A stretch of DNA of 63,777 bases, filler included. It is 8 parts of 8 records of this genome, joined end to end, with 100 filler letters (N's around TTAATTAATTAA, not from the genome) between each part and the next. Parts side by side here need not be neighbours in the genome. Positions count along the whole stretch, not along the records: positions 51,896 to 58,043 come from SRR31156797_4889; positions 58,144 to 63,777 come from SRR31156797_4937; 6 more parts are not named here. The stretch is one strand, 5' to 3'. The position numbers and the translations under genes were made by a program. Below, one piece after another: positions 53,009 through 62,195 of the stretch; positions within the stretch are counted from its first letter, which is position 1, and each line of letters begins with the position of its first letter. Below the pieces are notes generated by a model that was given only the letters and a program-made list of their open reading frames with translations, was not told the DNA's origin and did no database searches.

Positions 53009-54207
53009 TTTACCATTTCAACCAGATGGGATTCGCTTGTGGAAAACTTCATGGCCCCGTGCTCCGTTGGGGTAAAAAAATCTTTGCCGCTGCCGTTCCG
53101 CATGCTGAGCACCGGCTTGCCCATGGAGACCGCCGTCTTCAAAAGATCCAGGTTGCCCGAGTTGATGGCCGCCACCTCAAACCCCGTATCAATGACACAG
53201 TCACACCGTTGCATCTCCGCCCCGGCGGATTCCATGCTCTCCCGGGTAATCTCCCCGAAATGATCCTGGACCAGGCAGTCCGCCCCAAGGGATCGAGCCA
53301 CATGGAGATCGATGTCGTTCCGGTGCAGCACCCCTGTGATGATGCCATACCCTTTTTTGGAGAGCAGGCGATAGAGCACGGAGGAGCTGCCCATGCCCCC
53401 CACCACAAACACCCTGCCCCGGTCCACCCGGTTTGTGATCTCAATGGTGCCAAGGAGCCGGTTGAACCGGGCATTGGAGAAATCGTAAAGATCGTTCACC
53501 GTATCCTCCCGGAGCACCTCCTCCGGGGGACCGAAGGCCCGGATCTCTCCGGCCTTCACCAGGGCCACCTTGTCCGAGAGCTTGGATGCGATCTCCACAT
53601 CGTGGAGGGAGGCCACCACACAGATCCCTTTTTCCCGGCACAACCGCCGGAGGATGGACATGAGCTCCATCCGGTGTTTCAGGTCAAGGTGCATGGTGGG
53701 CTCGTCCAGGAGAATGATTTCGGGCTGCTGGGCAAGGGCCCTGGCCACATAAATCTTCTGGCGTTCCCCGTCGCTCAGGGTATTAAGATCCCTGTAGACA
53801 AGATCCCCGGCCTGGACCATTTCAATGGCCGCCATGATCTCCCGCTTATCCTCGTCCGAAAGCCGGCCCTGCCAGCCCGTATGGGGATACCGGCCCATGG
53901 CCACAAAATCAAACACCCGCATCAGGGGCGGCGCCACTTTTTCCGTGAGCACAACGGACATGGTCCTGGCAAGGTCCCGCTGGACGATATTGCCAAGGGC
54001 AACGCCCCCCAAAGCCACCTCTCCCCCCAAGGGAACAAGGTGCCTGGACAGGGTTCGCAACAGGGTGGTCTTGCCCGCGCCGTTGGGCCCCAGCAGGGAG
54101 ATGAACTCCCCTTTCAGGAACTCAAGCCGCACATCTTCAAGCACGGTTTTCTTCCCGTACCCCACACACAGATCCTTTGCGGATAACACCGCCAACGTTT
54201 GATTCAT
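52987..54207 (-). CDS. FecE/BtuD-type ABC ATPase with ~140-aa C-terminal extension
   Basis: GPNGAGKTT, LSDGERQK, LLDEPT.HLD, SLHD; extension VFVVGGMGS...TGVLH.NDID. Confidence 0.92.
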   Translation of the reverse strand: MNQTLAVLSAKDLCVGYGKKTVLEDVRLEFLKGEFISLLGPNGAGKTTLLRTLSRHLVPLGGEVALGGVALGNIVQRDLARTMSVVLTEKVAPPLMRVFDFVAMGRYPHTGWQGRLSDEDKREIMAAIEMVQAGDLVYRDLNTLSDGERQKIYVARALAQQPEIILLDEPTMHLDLKHRMELMSILRRLCREKGICVVASLHDVEIASKLSDKVALVKAGEIRAFGPPEEVLREDTVNDLYDFSNARFNRLLGTIEITNRVDRGRVFVVGGMGSSSVLYRLLSKKGYGIITGVLHRNDIDLHVARSLGADCLVQDHFGEITRESMESAGAEMQRCDCVIDTGFEVAAINSGNLDLLKTAVSMGKPVLSMRNGSGKDFFTPTEHGAMKFSTSESHLVEMVKCLSRPI

Positions 54208-55265
54208 ATCCGTGTCCTCCGTTTCAAAAGCAGGCTGATCACAATGGGCGCGCCAAAAAACGCCGTGATGGCGCTGATGGGCAGCTCCACCGGACTGAAT
54301 ACCGTCCGTGCAATGAAATCACACAAACTGATCACCATGGCCCCCACAAGCACCGAGCCCGGGATCAGCACCCGGTTGTCCGAGGTGGCAAACAGCAGCC
54401 GCACCATGTGGGGCACGGCCAGGCCCACAAACGCCACAGGGCCTGCCATGGACGTAACCATGCCCGCAAGGGCGCAGGCGCTCATCAGTATCAGCATCCT
54501 GAACAGCCGGATATTCACCCCCATGGACGCCGCGTAATCCTCGCCCAGCAAAAAGGCGTTCAAGGGTTTTGCAAGAAAGAAGACCAGCACCAGTATCAGG
54601 CCGCCCAGGATGCACAAAAGCTCGATCTCGCTCCATTTAAACCCGGAGAAGCTGCCCAGCTGCCACAGGACAAACCCCTTGATCTTCTCCTGTTCCGCAA
54701 AGGCCACCAGCACGCTTGTGACCGCATGGCACAGGTATCCCATCATCAGTCCCACGATCAACAGGGTCACCCCGTTTTTGACCCGGTTGGCAATGACGAG
54801 CACGATGAGCATGGTGCCGTAGGCCCCCACAAACGCGGCCAGGGTGCACATGAACGGATTCACCAGGGTCATGCCCAGGGTCACCGAGGTCAGCATCACA
54901 AAGGAGACCATGAGGGTGGCCCCGGAGGAGATCCCCAGGATAAACGGTCCCACAATGGGATTCCGGAAATACACCTGGAGCAGCAGCCCGGCCACAGCCA
55001 GGCACCCGCCCCCCATGGCCGCCGCAATGGCCCGGGGCATCCGGATCTTCCAGATGATAAAGCCCCTCGTGCTGGCCGTTTCATGGTTAATAAGGATCTC
55101 CATGATCTCCTTGAACCCCATATCAATGGAGCCGATCAAAATATTCATGGCCATGAACAACAGCAGCACCATGCCCGCAACCAGGAAAACCATCCGCTGC
55201 CGTTTCTTCACCCCGGCCTTGTAGGTATCCACCGGGGGCAGTGTTTCAGCAAAAGTCGTTGCCAC
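54204..55265 (-). CDS. FecCD/BtuC-family ABC permease
   Basis: IRMPRA, FRNPIVGPFILGISSGA, LGEDYAASMG, FVGLAVPH. Confidence 0.94.
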   Translation of the reverse strand: MATTFAETLPPVDTYKAGVKKRQRMVFLVAGMVLLLFMAMNILIGSIDMGFKEIMEILINHETASTRGFIIWKIRMPRAIAAAMGGGCLAVAGLLLQVYFRNPIVGPFILGISSGATLMVSFVMLTSVTLGMTLVNPFMCTLAAFVGAYGTMLIVLVIANRVKNGVTLLIVGLMMGYLCHAVTSVLVAFAEQEKIKGFVLWQLGSFSGFKWSEIELLCILGGLILVLVFFLAKPLNAFLLGEDYAASMGVNIRLFRMLILMSACALAGMVTSMAGPVAFVGLAVPHMVRLLFATSDNRVLIPGSVLVGAMVISLCDFIARTVFSPVELPISAITAFFGAPIVISLLLKRRTRI

Positions 55266-55295
55266 GTTTTCTCTCCTTTAACAGGTTCATCAGTT

Positions 55296-56396
55296 TCACG
55301 CCCCGGGGTCCGTGTCCGGCAGCTCCCGGAAATACCGGGACACATGGCCCGGATAGCAGCTCGGATGAAGAATGGCGGCAATGTCCGTCAATATCTCGTC
55401 CAGCTTGTCCCCGGACTGGGAGTAAGTGGCATAGGGCGAGTACACCTTGCCGTCCTTCAGGGGCTTCAAGCCCGCCACCAGGGGATTCGCCCTGGCCAGC
55501 GCCGCCTTGGAGGTGGCCCCGTTTTTAGGCGTACGGTAGGTAAAGAAGATTTCAGCATCCTCTCCGCTGTAAAGAAAGCGCTCAAGGGAGATCTCAATAC
55601 AGGATTTTCCAATAACGTCTTCAAAGAGATAATCACTTTGAGCAAGGGCAACCAGCTCCCCCACCCAGGCGTTGCCGGGCTCAACAAGCACCCGCTTCTC
55701 ATAGATATCCCCCCAGATCACCTTGGGGTTTTCCGGGGCGTCCTTTGTCACCTCCCGGATTTTATCAAGGGCGCCGGACACCTTGCTGAAATACGCCCGG
55801 GCCTCCTTCTCCTTATTGAAAAACGGGGCGATAAAGCTGACAAACTTCATCCTGGCGTTAAGGCACATGGCCACCGGGGTGGAGGTGACCACACAGGCAA
55901 CCCCCATCTCATCCAGCATGGGGATGATGGACATGTCCCAGGTGAGCACCAGTTCCGGCTCCGACGCCTTGAGCCGCTCAAAGTCAATGGCATTGTAGTT
56001 TCCCAGGAAAGTGATCCGGTTCTCCGCCATCCCCTTGACCACCTCGGGTATGGTCCAGTCCTCCTTCTTTTTGGTAACCCCCACCAGCACATCCTCGATC
56101 ACCCCAAGGGCTTTGAGGATGGAGATATCAAAGGACCCATAGGCGGCCACCCGGCGAACCGGCGTCTCCACCACCTGCCACGGCTCATACCCGTCAGGGG
56201 CCTTTTCCCCCCTGGGGATCAGCACCAGGGTCCTGCCGGCGCCGTCCCGCACCTCGGTCCACCCCTGGCCGATCTTGTTCACGGCAAACCCGCCGATGCT
56301 CATGAACCCCGGCTCACCATCCGCCCCATTGTCTTTCCCGCATCCCGCCGCGATCAACACCCAGCAGCACACAAACACCAACCATTTTATCTTCAC
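55296..56396 (-). CDS. Class III (iron-chelate/cobalamin) substrate-binding lipoprotein, in frame with the upstream ORF
   Basis: Own AGGAGG SD (56404-56409), GTG start, IAAG-C lipobox; DGAGR, PVRRVA, IDFERL...PELVL. Confidence 0.82.
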   Translation of the reverse strand: MKIKWLVFVCCWVLIAAGCGKDNGADGEPGFMSIGGFAVNKIGQGWTEVRDGAGRTLVLIPRGEKAPDGYEPWQVVETPVRRVAAYGSFDISILKALGVIEDVLVGVTKKKEDWTIPEVVKGMAENRITFLGNYNAIDFERLKASEPELVLTWDMSIIPMLDEMGVACVVTSTPVAMCLNARMKFVSFIAPFFNKEKEARAYFSKVSGALDKIREVTKDAPENPKVIWGDIYEKRVLVEPGNAWVGELVALAQSDYLFEDVIGKSCIEISLERFLYSGEDAEIFFTYRTPKNGATSKAALARANPLVAGLKPLKDGKVYSPYATYSQSGDKLDEILTDIAAILHPSCYPGHVSRYFRELPDTDPGA

Positions 56397-57212
56397 GCCC
56401 TGTCCTCCTGCCGGGGTATGCCTGGACAATTTATCCCAAAGGTACATGAACAGCCCCAGGGTAAAGAGAACCATGCCACTGAAGTAAAACTTCATGCCCG
56501 GATCATTTTTAATAATTACGGTGATATATTTTTTCCGTCCCATCCCCCCTTTGGTCTGGGGAGCAAACTTCTTCAAATGGATGCTCAAGGAGGCAAACCG
56601 GACAGGACGGTTAAAGCCAAGCTCAGCGGTTTTACACCGTTCGGCGTCCCGCATCGTAAGCACGGCCCTCACATCGATGGCCCGCCGGTCCATGTGGATC
56701 ATCCGCCCCCCGGCGTAGTAGTCAATGTCCAGCCCATCGAGGGTGATGGTGCATGCGGGCCGGGCAATGGTTATGGATTTCCCCGGCAGCAGCACCTTTC
56801 CCATGTGGGTCCCCGCCGAAAGATAGCTCACCAGATACCCCAGGAACATGATGAGCATGCTGTAATGCATGATATGGGGCCCGAATCGCAGCAAAAACCG
56901 CGATCGCCGACTAAAGGCATGCCGGCTTTTCACCAGCATCCAGACCCGCTCGGTGGTGCAGACAAAGGTGTTCACCGAAAGCAGCCCCAGCAGCCCCACC
57001 AGGATGAACAGCCAGGCCGTGTTGGCAGGATAGTGGCTGCCATAGGTCTGGGCCCACCGGTAAAACCCCATGTCATTGATGGGATCAAACAAGGCCCCAT
57101 GGAACTTCAGCTGGTTGTACCCCAGCAAAAGATCCGCCACCATGCAGGCGATGATCCCCATGAAAAAATTGATATGCCCCAAAAACCGCCACGCCTTGTG
57201 TATCATTTTCAT
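56397..57212 (-). CDS. Short ResB/CcsB-like membrane protein (no stop before the SBP)
   Basis: NTFVCT, GPHIMHYS TM-His, FNRP, final NDPG plus TM helix; ATGA-coupled to the ccsA-like gene. Confidence 0.65.
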
Positions 57213-58000
57213 AACTTGATCTCCGGCACCATGAAGATGCCAAGCTCAGGCACCAGGTTGAACAAAAACACGAACACCGCCCCCAGAAGAGCAAAAATCG
57301 CCCGGGATCTCACACCATTCAGGCCGGTCAAATGCAGATGAAGGAACAAGGTATAGTAAAGCCAGGTGGCCATGGTGGTCACCAGCAGCGGGTCCTCCCA
57401 CACAATGGGCGCCCCCCATCCCAGGTAGGCCCACACCGCCCCGGAAAACACCGAAAGGGTCCACAAAAAATAGCCCCAGACCACATGGGTGCCCATTCGC
57501 TTCACCCGGTCGCCCCGCGCCTGTTCCCCAAGCACGAGAACCGCCCAGGCACCGGCGAGCAAAAACAACGCCTTGCCCCCCCCCCCCAGGAGAAAGAAAC
57601 CATGGGCAAACACGGTCTTGAACTGCAAAAACGGCAGATAGAAATCATTGGGAAAGAAAAGGGCCGACCCGGCCAGCACCACCACCAGCCCCCCATGGAT
57701 GACGCTTCCCTCTCCTTTTAACAGGGATCGTGCACAGAAAAGCCCCACAACAAAGGGAATAAAGTACGCCCCCTGGTAAAGGGGCAGCAACGGATAGGAA
57801 CTCCAGTAGCGAACGGCCAGGGAAAAGCCATTGCACAGGCAACCGGCCCCAAGGAGCATCCCCCCCAGGCCCTGCCGCTTCATCACCACGGCCCCAAGGG
57901 CCACGGCATAGAAACAAAATGCAATGAAAAAGGAATTTTGAATCAGGTCAAGTGTTGCAGCTGTCGTCAATACATACCCCCACAAACGCAAAAAATCCAC
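57209..58000 (-). CDS. CcsA/ResC-like heme-handling protein with divergent WWD domain
   Basis: YPLLPLYQ, FAH TM-His, SGAVWAYLGWG...WEDP, WLYY..FLH. Confidence 0.8.
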   Translation of the reverse strand: MDFLRLWGYVLTTAATLDLIQNSFFIAFCFYAVALGAVVMKRQGLGGMLLGAGCLCNGFSLAVRYWSSYPLLPLYQGAYFIPFVVGLFCARSLLKGEGSVIHGGLVVVLAGSALFFPNDFYLPFLQFKTVFAHGFFLLGGGGKALFLLAGAWAVLVLGEQARGDRVKRMGTHVVWGYFLWTLSVFSGAVWAYLGWGAPIVWEDPLLVTTMATWLYYTLFLHLHLTGLNGVRSRAIFALLGAVFVFLFNLVPELGIFMVPEIKL

Positions 58001-58043
58001 AAATTGAAAGATATCAATCCGTGGATTTCCCTTTTTTATCCAT

Positions 58044-58143
58044 NNNNNNNNNNNNNNNNNNNNNNNNNNNNNNNNNNNNNNNNNNNNTTAATTAATTAAN
58101 NNNNNNNNNNNNNNNNNNNNNNNNNNNNNNNNNNNNNNNNNNN
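58044..58143. other. Artificial contig linker
   Basis: N-run with TTAATTAATTAA. Confidence 0.97.
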
Positions 58144-58324
58144 AGCCAAGCGCGAGGGGTGGAACAACCCCGCGTTAAATGTGTTTTCAAATACCACACT
58201 AAGGCGAAGCCTGGGAAAAGTGAAGTGACATGGCCGACAAGCGGCCATGGCGCCCAGCCAAGTAGTACAGCCAACAATATAGAGGCGCAGCCCGTAAACA
58301 AGTGGAAAAGTACGCTGCCCGATT

Positions 58325-58351
58325 GTAGGGGCGTCCCCCTTGTGGGCGCCC
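58325..58351 (+). repeat. GTAG-family REP-like palindrome
   Basis: GTAG-GGGCGTCC-CCTTGT-GGGCGCCC type hairpin with GTAG foot; single copy in the window. Confidence 0.6.
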
Positions 58352-58418
58352 TCAACCGCTTGAATCTTTCCCGACCGTGATTAACTTAAATAAGTAAAGT
58401 TGAAAGGAGGGAAGGATA

Positions 58419-59525
58419 TTGTTCAATAAAATATTAATAAGCCTTTCTGCCTTCATCCTGATTTTTGCCGTAATACAGACGGCTGTTGGAGTCGATAAAA
58501 GCGAGGGAACAAAAATGTCTGTCAACTATGAAAGGCTGAGCGAAGCGACTTTCGCCGGCGGTTGTTTTTGGTGCTCTGAATCCGATTTTCAGAAAATCAA
58601 GGGAGTTGCCGAGGTTATATCCGGGTACACGGGAGGTGAAACTCCAAATCCGACCTATGAACAGGTGTCGTCGGGACGGAGCGGCCACCTGGAAGCTATT
58701 AAGGTCTTATATGATCCCGACCTGGTTTGCTACGAGGAACTGCTGAATGTGTTCTGGAAACATATCGACCCAACAGATCCGGGGGGACAGTTTGTGGACC
58801 GGGGAACTCAATATACAACCGCTATTTTTTACCATGACGACGAGCAGAAAAAGCTGGCCGAGGAATCAAGGAAAAAGCTTAATGATTCAGGGAGGTATAA
58901 CAAGCCGATAGTAACCAGAATTGCCAAGGCCTCGGAATTTTACCAGGCCGAGGAATACCATCAGGATTACAGCCGGAATAATCCTATGAGGTATAAGCTT
59001 TACAGGTCCAGGTCCGGCCGCGACCAGTATTTAAAACGCATTTGGGGAGATGAATTGACTTCCCGGGCCAAAGCTTGCGGTGGAGACCGGTATTCCAAGC
59101 CATCGGATGAAGAACTAAGAAAAAAACTTACGCCGCTACAATACAGCGTGACTCAGAATGACGGCACGGAAAGGCCTTTTGATAATGAATACTGGGCCAA
59201 TAAAAAGGAAGGCATATATGTTGATATAGTTTCCGGCGAGCCTCTTTTCAGTTCAAGGGACAAATTTGAGTCGGGCACGGGGTGGCCGAGCTTCACCCGC
59301 CCGATTGAACCCAACAATATTGTGGAGAAGCAGGACGGAAAACTGCTGATGGTCAGAACGGAAGTCAGAAGCCGGCAGGCGGATTCACATTTAGGCCATG
59401 TTTTTGAAGACGGGCCACAGCCCACGGGACTCCGTTACTGTATTAATTCGGCGGCGTTAAGATTCATTCCCAAGGAGGACCTGGATAAGGCAGGGTATGG
59501 TCAGTATTTAGATCTTTTCAAATAA
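58419..59525 (+). CDS. msrAB: Bifunctional methionine sulfoxide reductase MsrA/MsrB with signal peptide
   Basis: [31 protein letters not shown] start after GGAGG. Confidence 0.96.
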   Translation: MFNKILISLSAFILIFAVIQTAVGVDKSEGTKMSVNYERLSEATFAGGCFWCSESDFQKIKGVAEVISGYTGGETPNPTYEQVSSGRSGHLEAIKVLYDPDLVCYEELLNVFWKHIDPTDPGGQFVDRGTQYTTAIFYHDDEQKKLAEESRKKLNDSGRYNKPIVTRIAKASEFYQAEEYHQDYSRNNPMRYKLYRSRSGRDQYLKRIWGDELTSRAKACGGDRYSKPSDEELRKKLTPLQYSVTQNDGTERPFDNEYWANKKEGIYVDIVSGEPLFSSRDKFESGTGWPSFTRPIEPNNIVEKQDGKLLMVRTEVRSRQADSHLGHVFEDGPQPTGLRYCINSAALRFIPKEDLDKAGYGQYLDLFK

Positions 59526-59548
59526 GGATTGCTTTAATTTTCAGCTTA

Positions 59549-59577
59549 GCCCTCGGGGAATTGAATTCACCGAGGGC
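59549..59577. terminator. Hairpin between convergent msrAB and porin genes
   Basis: GCCCTCGG..GAATT/AATTC..CCGAGGGC inverted repeat. Confidence 0.65.
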
Positions 59578-59590
59578 GATTTATTCCATA

Positions 59591-60850
59591 CTATAAAATG
59601 TTCAGGTCGAAATTCAGAACTAGGTGCAGTTCTTCAATATCACGCCCGCCCAAGGGGCCCTCCTCCTGGTCCACAAAAGCGGCCCTGACCCGAATCCAGA
59701 ATCCTTCGACTAATGGAACGGTCGGACGATAATCAAAAGTTATATCCAGTTCGTCCTGGTCCGGGGAGGCGTTGACGCCTGTATCCGGCGTGTAACCGCG
59801 AGCGTAATCGACCTTGCCGACCAGCCCGTTCAAACCGATATTGCTGAAATCGTAGGATAGACCCAATAGCCAGGCTTTTTCTTCCGCCCTGTAGAAATCT
59901 TCCACCATTAAACTGCAGTACCCGGGATACCCGCCGTATGGATTCCTGATGCCGGCGTCGTCGCCCGTTATTGTAAAAGCCGCTCTGAATGAGGCGCCTT
60001 TCCAGTTCAATTTGAATTGGCCGCCGCTCACCCATGTTTTGAAATCTCCATCCAACTCGTCGCCCACGCTTCTCTGGTCTGTAAATTGGGCTGAAAGGCC
60101 GAGAACAACATCGGAGCCAAGCTTTAAGTTAACATTGGCGTCCGCATAAAACGTGTTCATGAAATCCCAGGTATAGTGATTGACAAAACCCAGGTCTATG
60201 TCTTCGCTGTAATTGTAGCGCAAGGCGGCCAATGAATTGCCGTCGCCGTCCCCGGTCAGGCCCGCGCCTTCATACATGTCGTCAAACGTATTTGAATCTC
60301 TGTGTTTAATTTTTGTGACGTGGGCCAGAGTGATTTTCAGGTTTTTTATGGAACTGCTCTCCAGGGTATAGGCTTCAAAAGTATTTGGAATCATCCTGCT
60401 GTCCCGGCGGTTAAGATAGGGCAGGTCGAAGCTCTGGCGATATAGAATCAGTTCCGTACCTTCCATCAGGCGTATACGGAGGTTGGCCAATCCCAGCACG
60501 GTAATGGCTTCCTGGCCGGGCGCCAATAGCCTGGTCCCGTCTTTGTCTTCCGGGGCGTCAATAGGTTGAGAAGTAAAAACCGCGGCCTGGATCTGGAACA
60601 GGTCGGCCGCCCAACCGGATTTATACTCAAGCCAGCCGCCTCCGGCCCAGGCTTCCGAACCCCCGCCGTCTTGATAATCCCGGTTGTAATAAAACGTCCT
60701 GACGTGAAGATTAAGCTTTGTATCCTTCAGAAACGCCGGCATTTCATCAGCAGCCAGGGCCGGCCCGGCGCTGAAACAGAATGTTGATAGAAGTGCAAAC
60801 AAAACAAAAAGTACATGAAAAATTCGCTCTTTGATCATTATCCGCCCCAT
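59591..60850 (-). CDS. OprD-family outer membrane porin
   Basis: Signal peptide; LHVRTFYYNR, YKSGW, DSRMIPNTFEAY, RAEEKAW, amphipathic terminal beta-strand. Confidence 0.8.
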   Translation of the reverse strand: MGRIMIKERIFHVLFVLFALLSTFCFSAGPALAADEMPAFLKDTKLNLHVRTFYYNRDYQDGGGSEAWAGGGWLEYKSGWAADLFQIQAAVFTSQPIDAPEDKDGTRLLAPGQEAITVLGLANLRIRLMEGTELILYRQSFDLPYLNRRDSRMIPNTFEAYTLESSSIKNLKITLAHVTKIKHRDSNTFDDMYEGAGLTGDGDGNSLAALRYNYSEDIDLGFVNHYTWDFMNTFYADANVNLKLGSDVVLGLSAQFTDQRSVGDELDGDFKTWVSGGQFKLNWKGASFRAAFTITGDDAGIRNPYGGYPGYCSLMVEDFYRAEEKAWLLGLSYDFSNIGLNGLVGKVDYARGYTPDTGVNASPDQDELDITFDYRPTVPLVEGFWIRVRAAFVDQEEGPLGGRDIEELHLVLNFDLNIL

Positions 60851-61028
60851 ATTATCTGTATCTGACTAACTCTTCTTTTTATAACATATTACGATGGATT
60901 GTCTTGCTAATTTCGCGACTCAATCACATTATTACCTCGGGGTAACATCCCGGCCTTTATTGTGCGGTGATTGGATGTATAATATCTTTCAATCAGAAAA
61001 TATGAAGTGAGCGGATAGTAACAGCATT

Positions 61029-61979
61029 ATGAATGAAAGAATAAAAATCGGCGTCAGCGCCTGTCTGTTGGGAAATAAAGTTCGTTACGACGGCGGCCAT
61101 AAACTCGATCGGTTTTTAACCGATACTTTGGGAAAGTTTGTCGAATACGTTCCCGTGTGCCCGGAAGCGGAATGCGGCCTTCCTATACCCCGTGAAGCCA
61201 TGAACTTATACGGCGCCGTGGAAAATCCGAAAATGATAACCGTTAAAACAAGGATAGACCTGACCGGCAAAATGCGGTCATGGTGCAACAACAGGCTGAT
61301 CGAAATTGCATCTGAAAATCTGTCCGCATTTATTTTAAAGAGCAAATCTCCCAGCTGCGCCATGACCGGGTTGAAAATATATGATGAGGAAGGCGGCGCG
61401 GCCGGCAGAGGCTCCGGCATATGGGCTAAAATGCTCATGGATCGTTTTCCTGTGCTTCCGGTCATAGATGAAGCCCTGATTCATGATTTGGATCAGCGGG
61501 AAATGTTTGTAGAGCGCATCTTTGTTTTTCAGCGATGGCGAGACCTGATGAATTCTAAACCAGGTCTAGGAAAACTGGTCGATTTCCACGCGGCTCACAA
61601 ATATCTTGTTCTGTCACACAGCCCGGAAATATACAGAAAACTGGGACGAATCGCGGCTATGGCCAAAGGGAAGCCGTTTAAAGAAGTTCTGGTTGAATAT
61701 TTTGAACTTCTGCAAAAGGCCATGTCATTAAAAGCAACCATAAAAAAGAATGTAAACGTTCTTCAACACCTGATCGGTTATTTTAAAAAGCGGCTCAGCA
61801 CGGAAGAAAAACAGGCATTCCAAAACACAATAGAACAATACGCTCATGAGCGGGTTCCCCTGATAGTTCCCCTGACTGTCATCAACCACTACGTGGTTAA
61901 ATACGGAGAATCGTACCTGGCCGGTCAGCACTACCTGAATCCGCATCCGGTCGAACTTAAACTCCGCTGTCATGCTTGA
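61029..61979 (+). CDS. DUF523 (TudS Fe-S desulfidase)-DUF1722 fusion, YbgA/RudS-like
   Basis: GVSACLLG..VRYDGG, VCPE, KSPSC; FH..HKY, NVLQHLIGYFK, YLNPHP.EL. Confidence 0.9.
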   Translation: MNERIKIGVSACLLGNKVRYDGGHKLDRFLTDTLGKFVEYVPVCPEAECGLPIPREAMNLYGAVENPKMITVKTRIDLTGKMRSWCNNRLIEIASENLSAFILKSKSPSCAMTGLKIYDEEGGAAGRGSGIWAKMLMDRFPVLPVIDEALIHDLDQREMFVERIFVFQRWRDLMNSKPGLGKLVDFHAAHKYLVLSHSPEIYRKLGRIAAMAKGKPFKEVLVEYFELLQKAMSLKATIKKNVNVLQHLIGYFKKRLSTEEKQAFQNTIEQYAHERVPLIVPLTVINHYVVKYGESYLAGQHYLNPHPVELKLRCHA

Positions 61980-62086
61980 ACTGATTTTACAGGCCGCAAG
62001 AGCGATCCATGGACAATGCATGTATTAAAATACACGAAATATGAATATGGCCATACATACATAATAATCTGATAATATAGCATAAT

Positions 62087-62145
62087 TTACATTGTTGTAA
62101 TAAAAATTCAAATTTATTGACATTGTAAGATGCCTGCCGTAACAT
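62087..62145 (+). promoter_or_regulatory. Sigma70-like promoter with upstream palindrome
   Basis: TTGACA (62117)-17 nt-TAACAT (62140); TTACA-N4-TGTAA at 62087-62100. Confidence 0.55.
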
Positions 62146-62195
62146 CTGGCTTCCGATGAATCGGTTTCAATTGAATGTCTTACGGCGGGATTAAA

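Noticed and set aside
54177-57341. 1054-aa plus-strand ORF, and the 386-aa ORF at 53026-54186
   Set aside because: Antisense shadows of GC-rich minus-strand genes; His/Gln/Pro-biased with no motifs
7271-58143. Seven recurring TTAATTAATTAA motifs and abrupt GC and taxon shifts, suggesting islands or horizontal transfer
   Set aside because: Each motif sits in a 100-nt N-padded linker. These are concatenation artefacts, and ORFs containing X or ending LIN are artefactual at that end.
16252-59525. Two msrAB genes as a duplication, or as selenoproteins
   Set aside because: They lie on different contigs; the catalytic residues are ordinary Cys codons with no in-frame TGA
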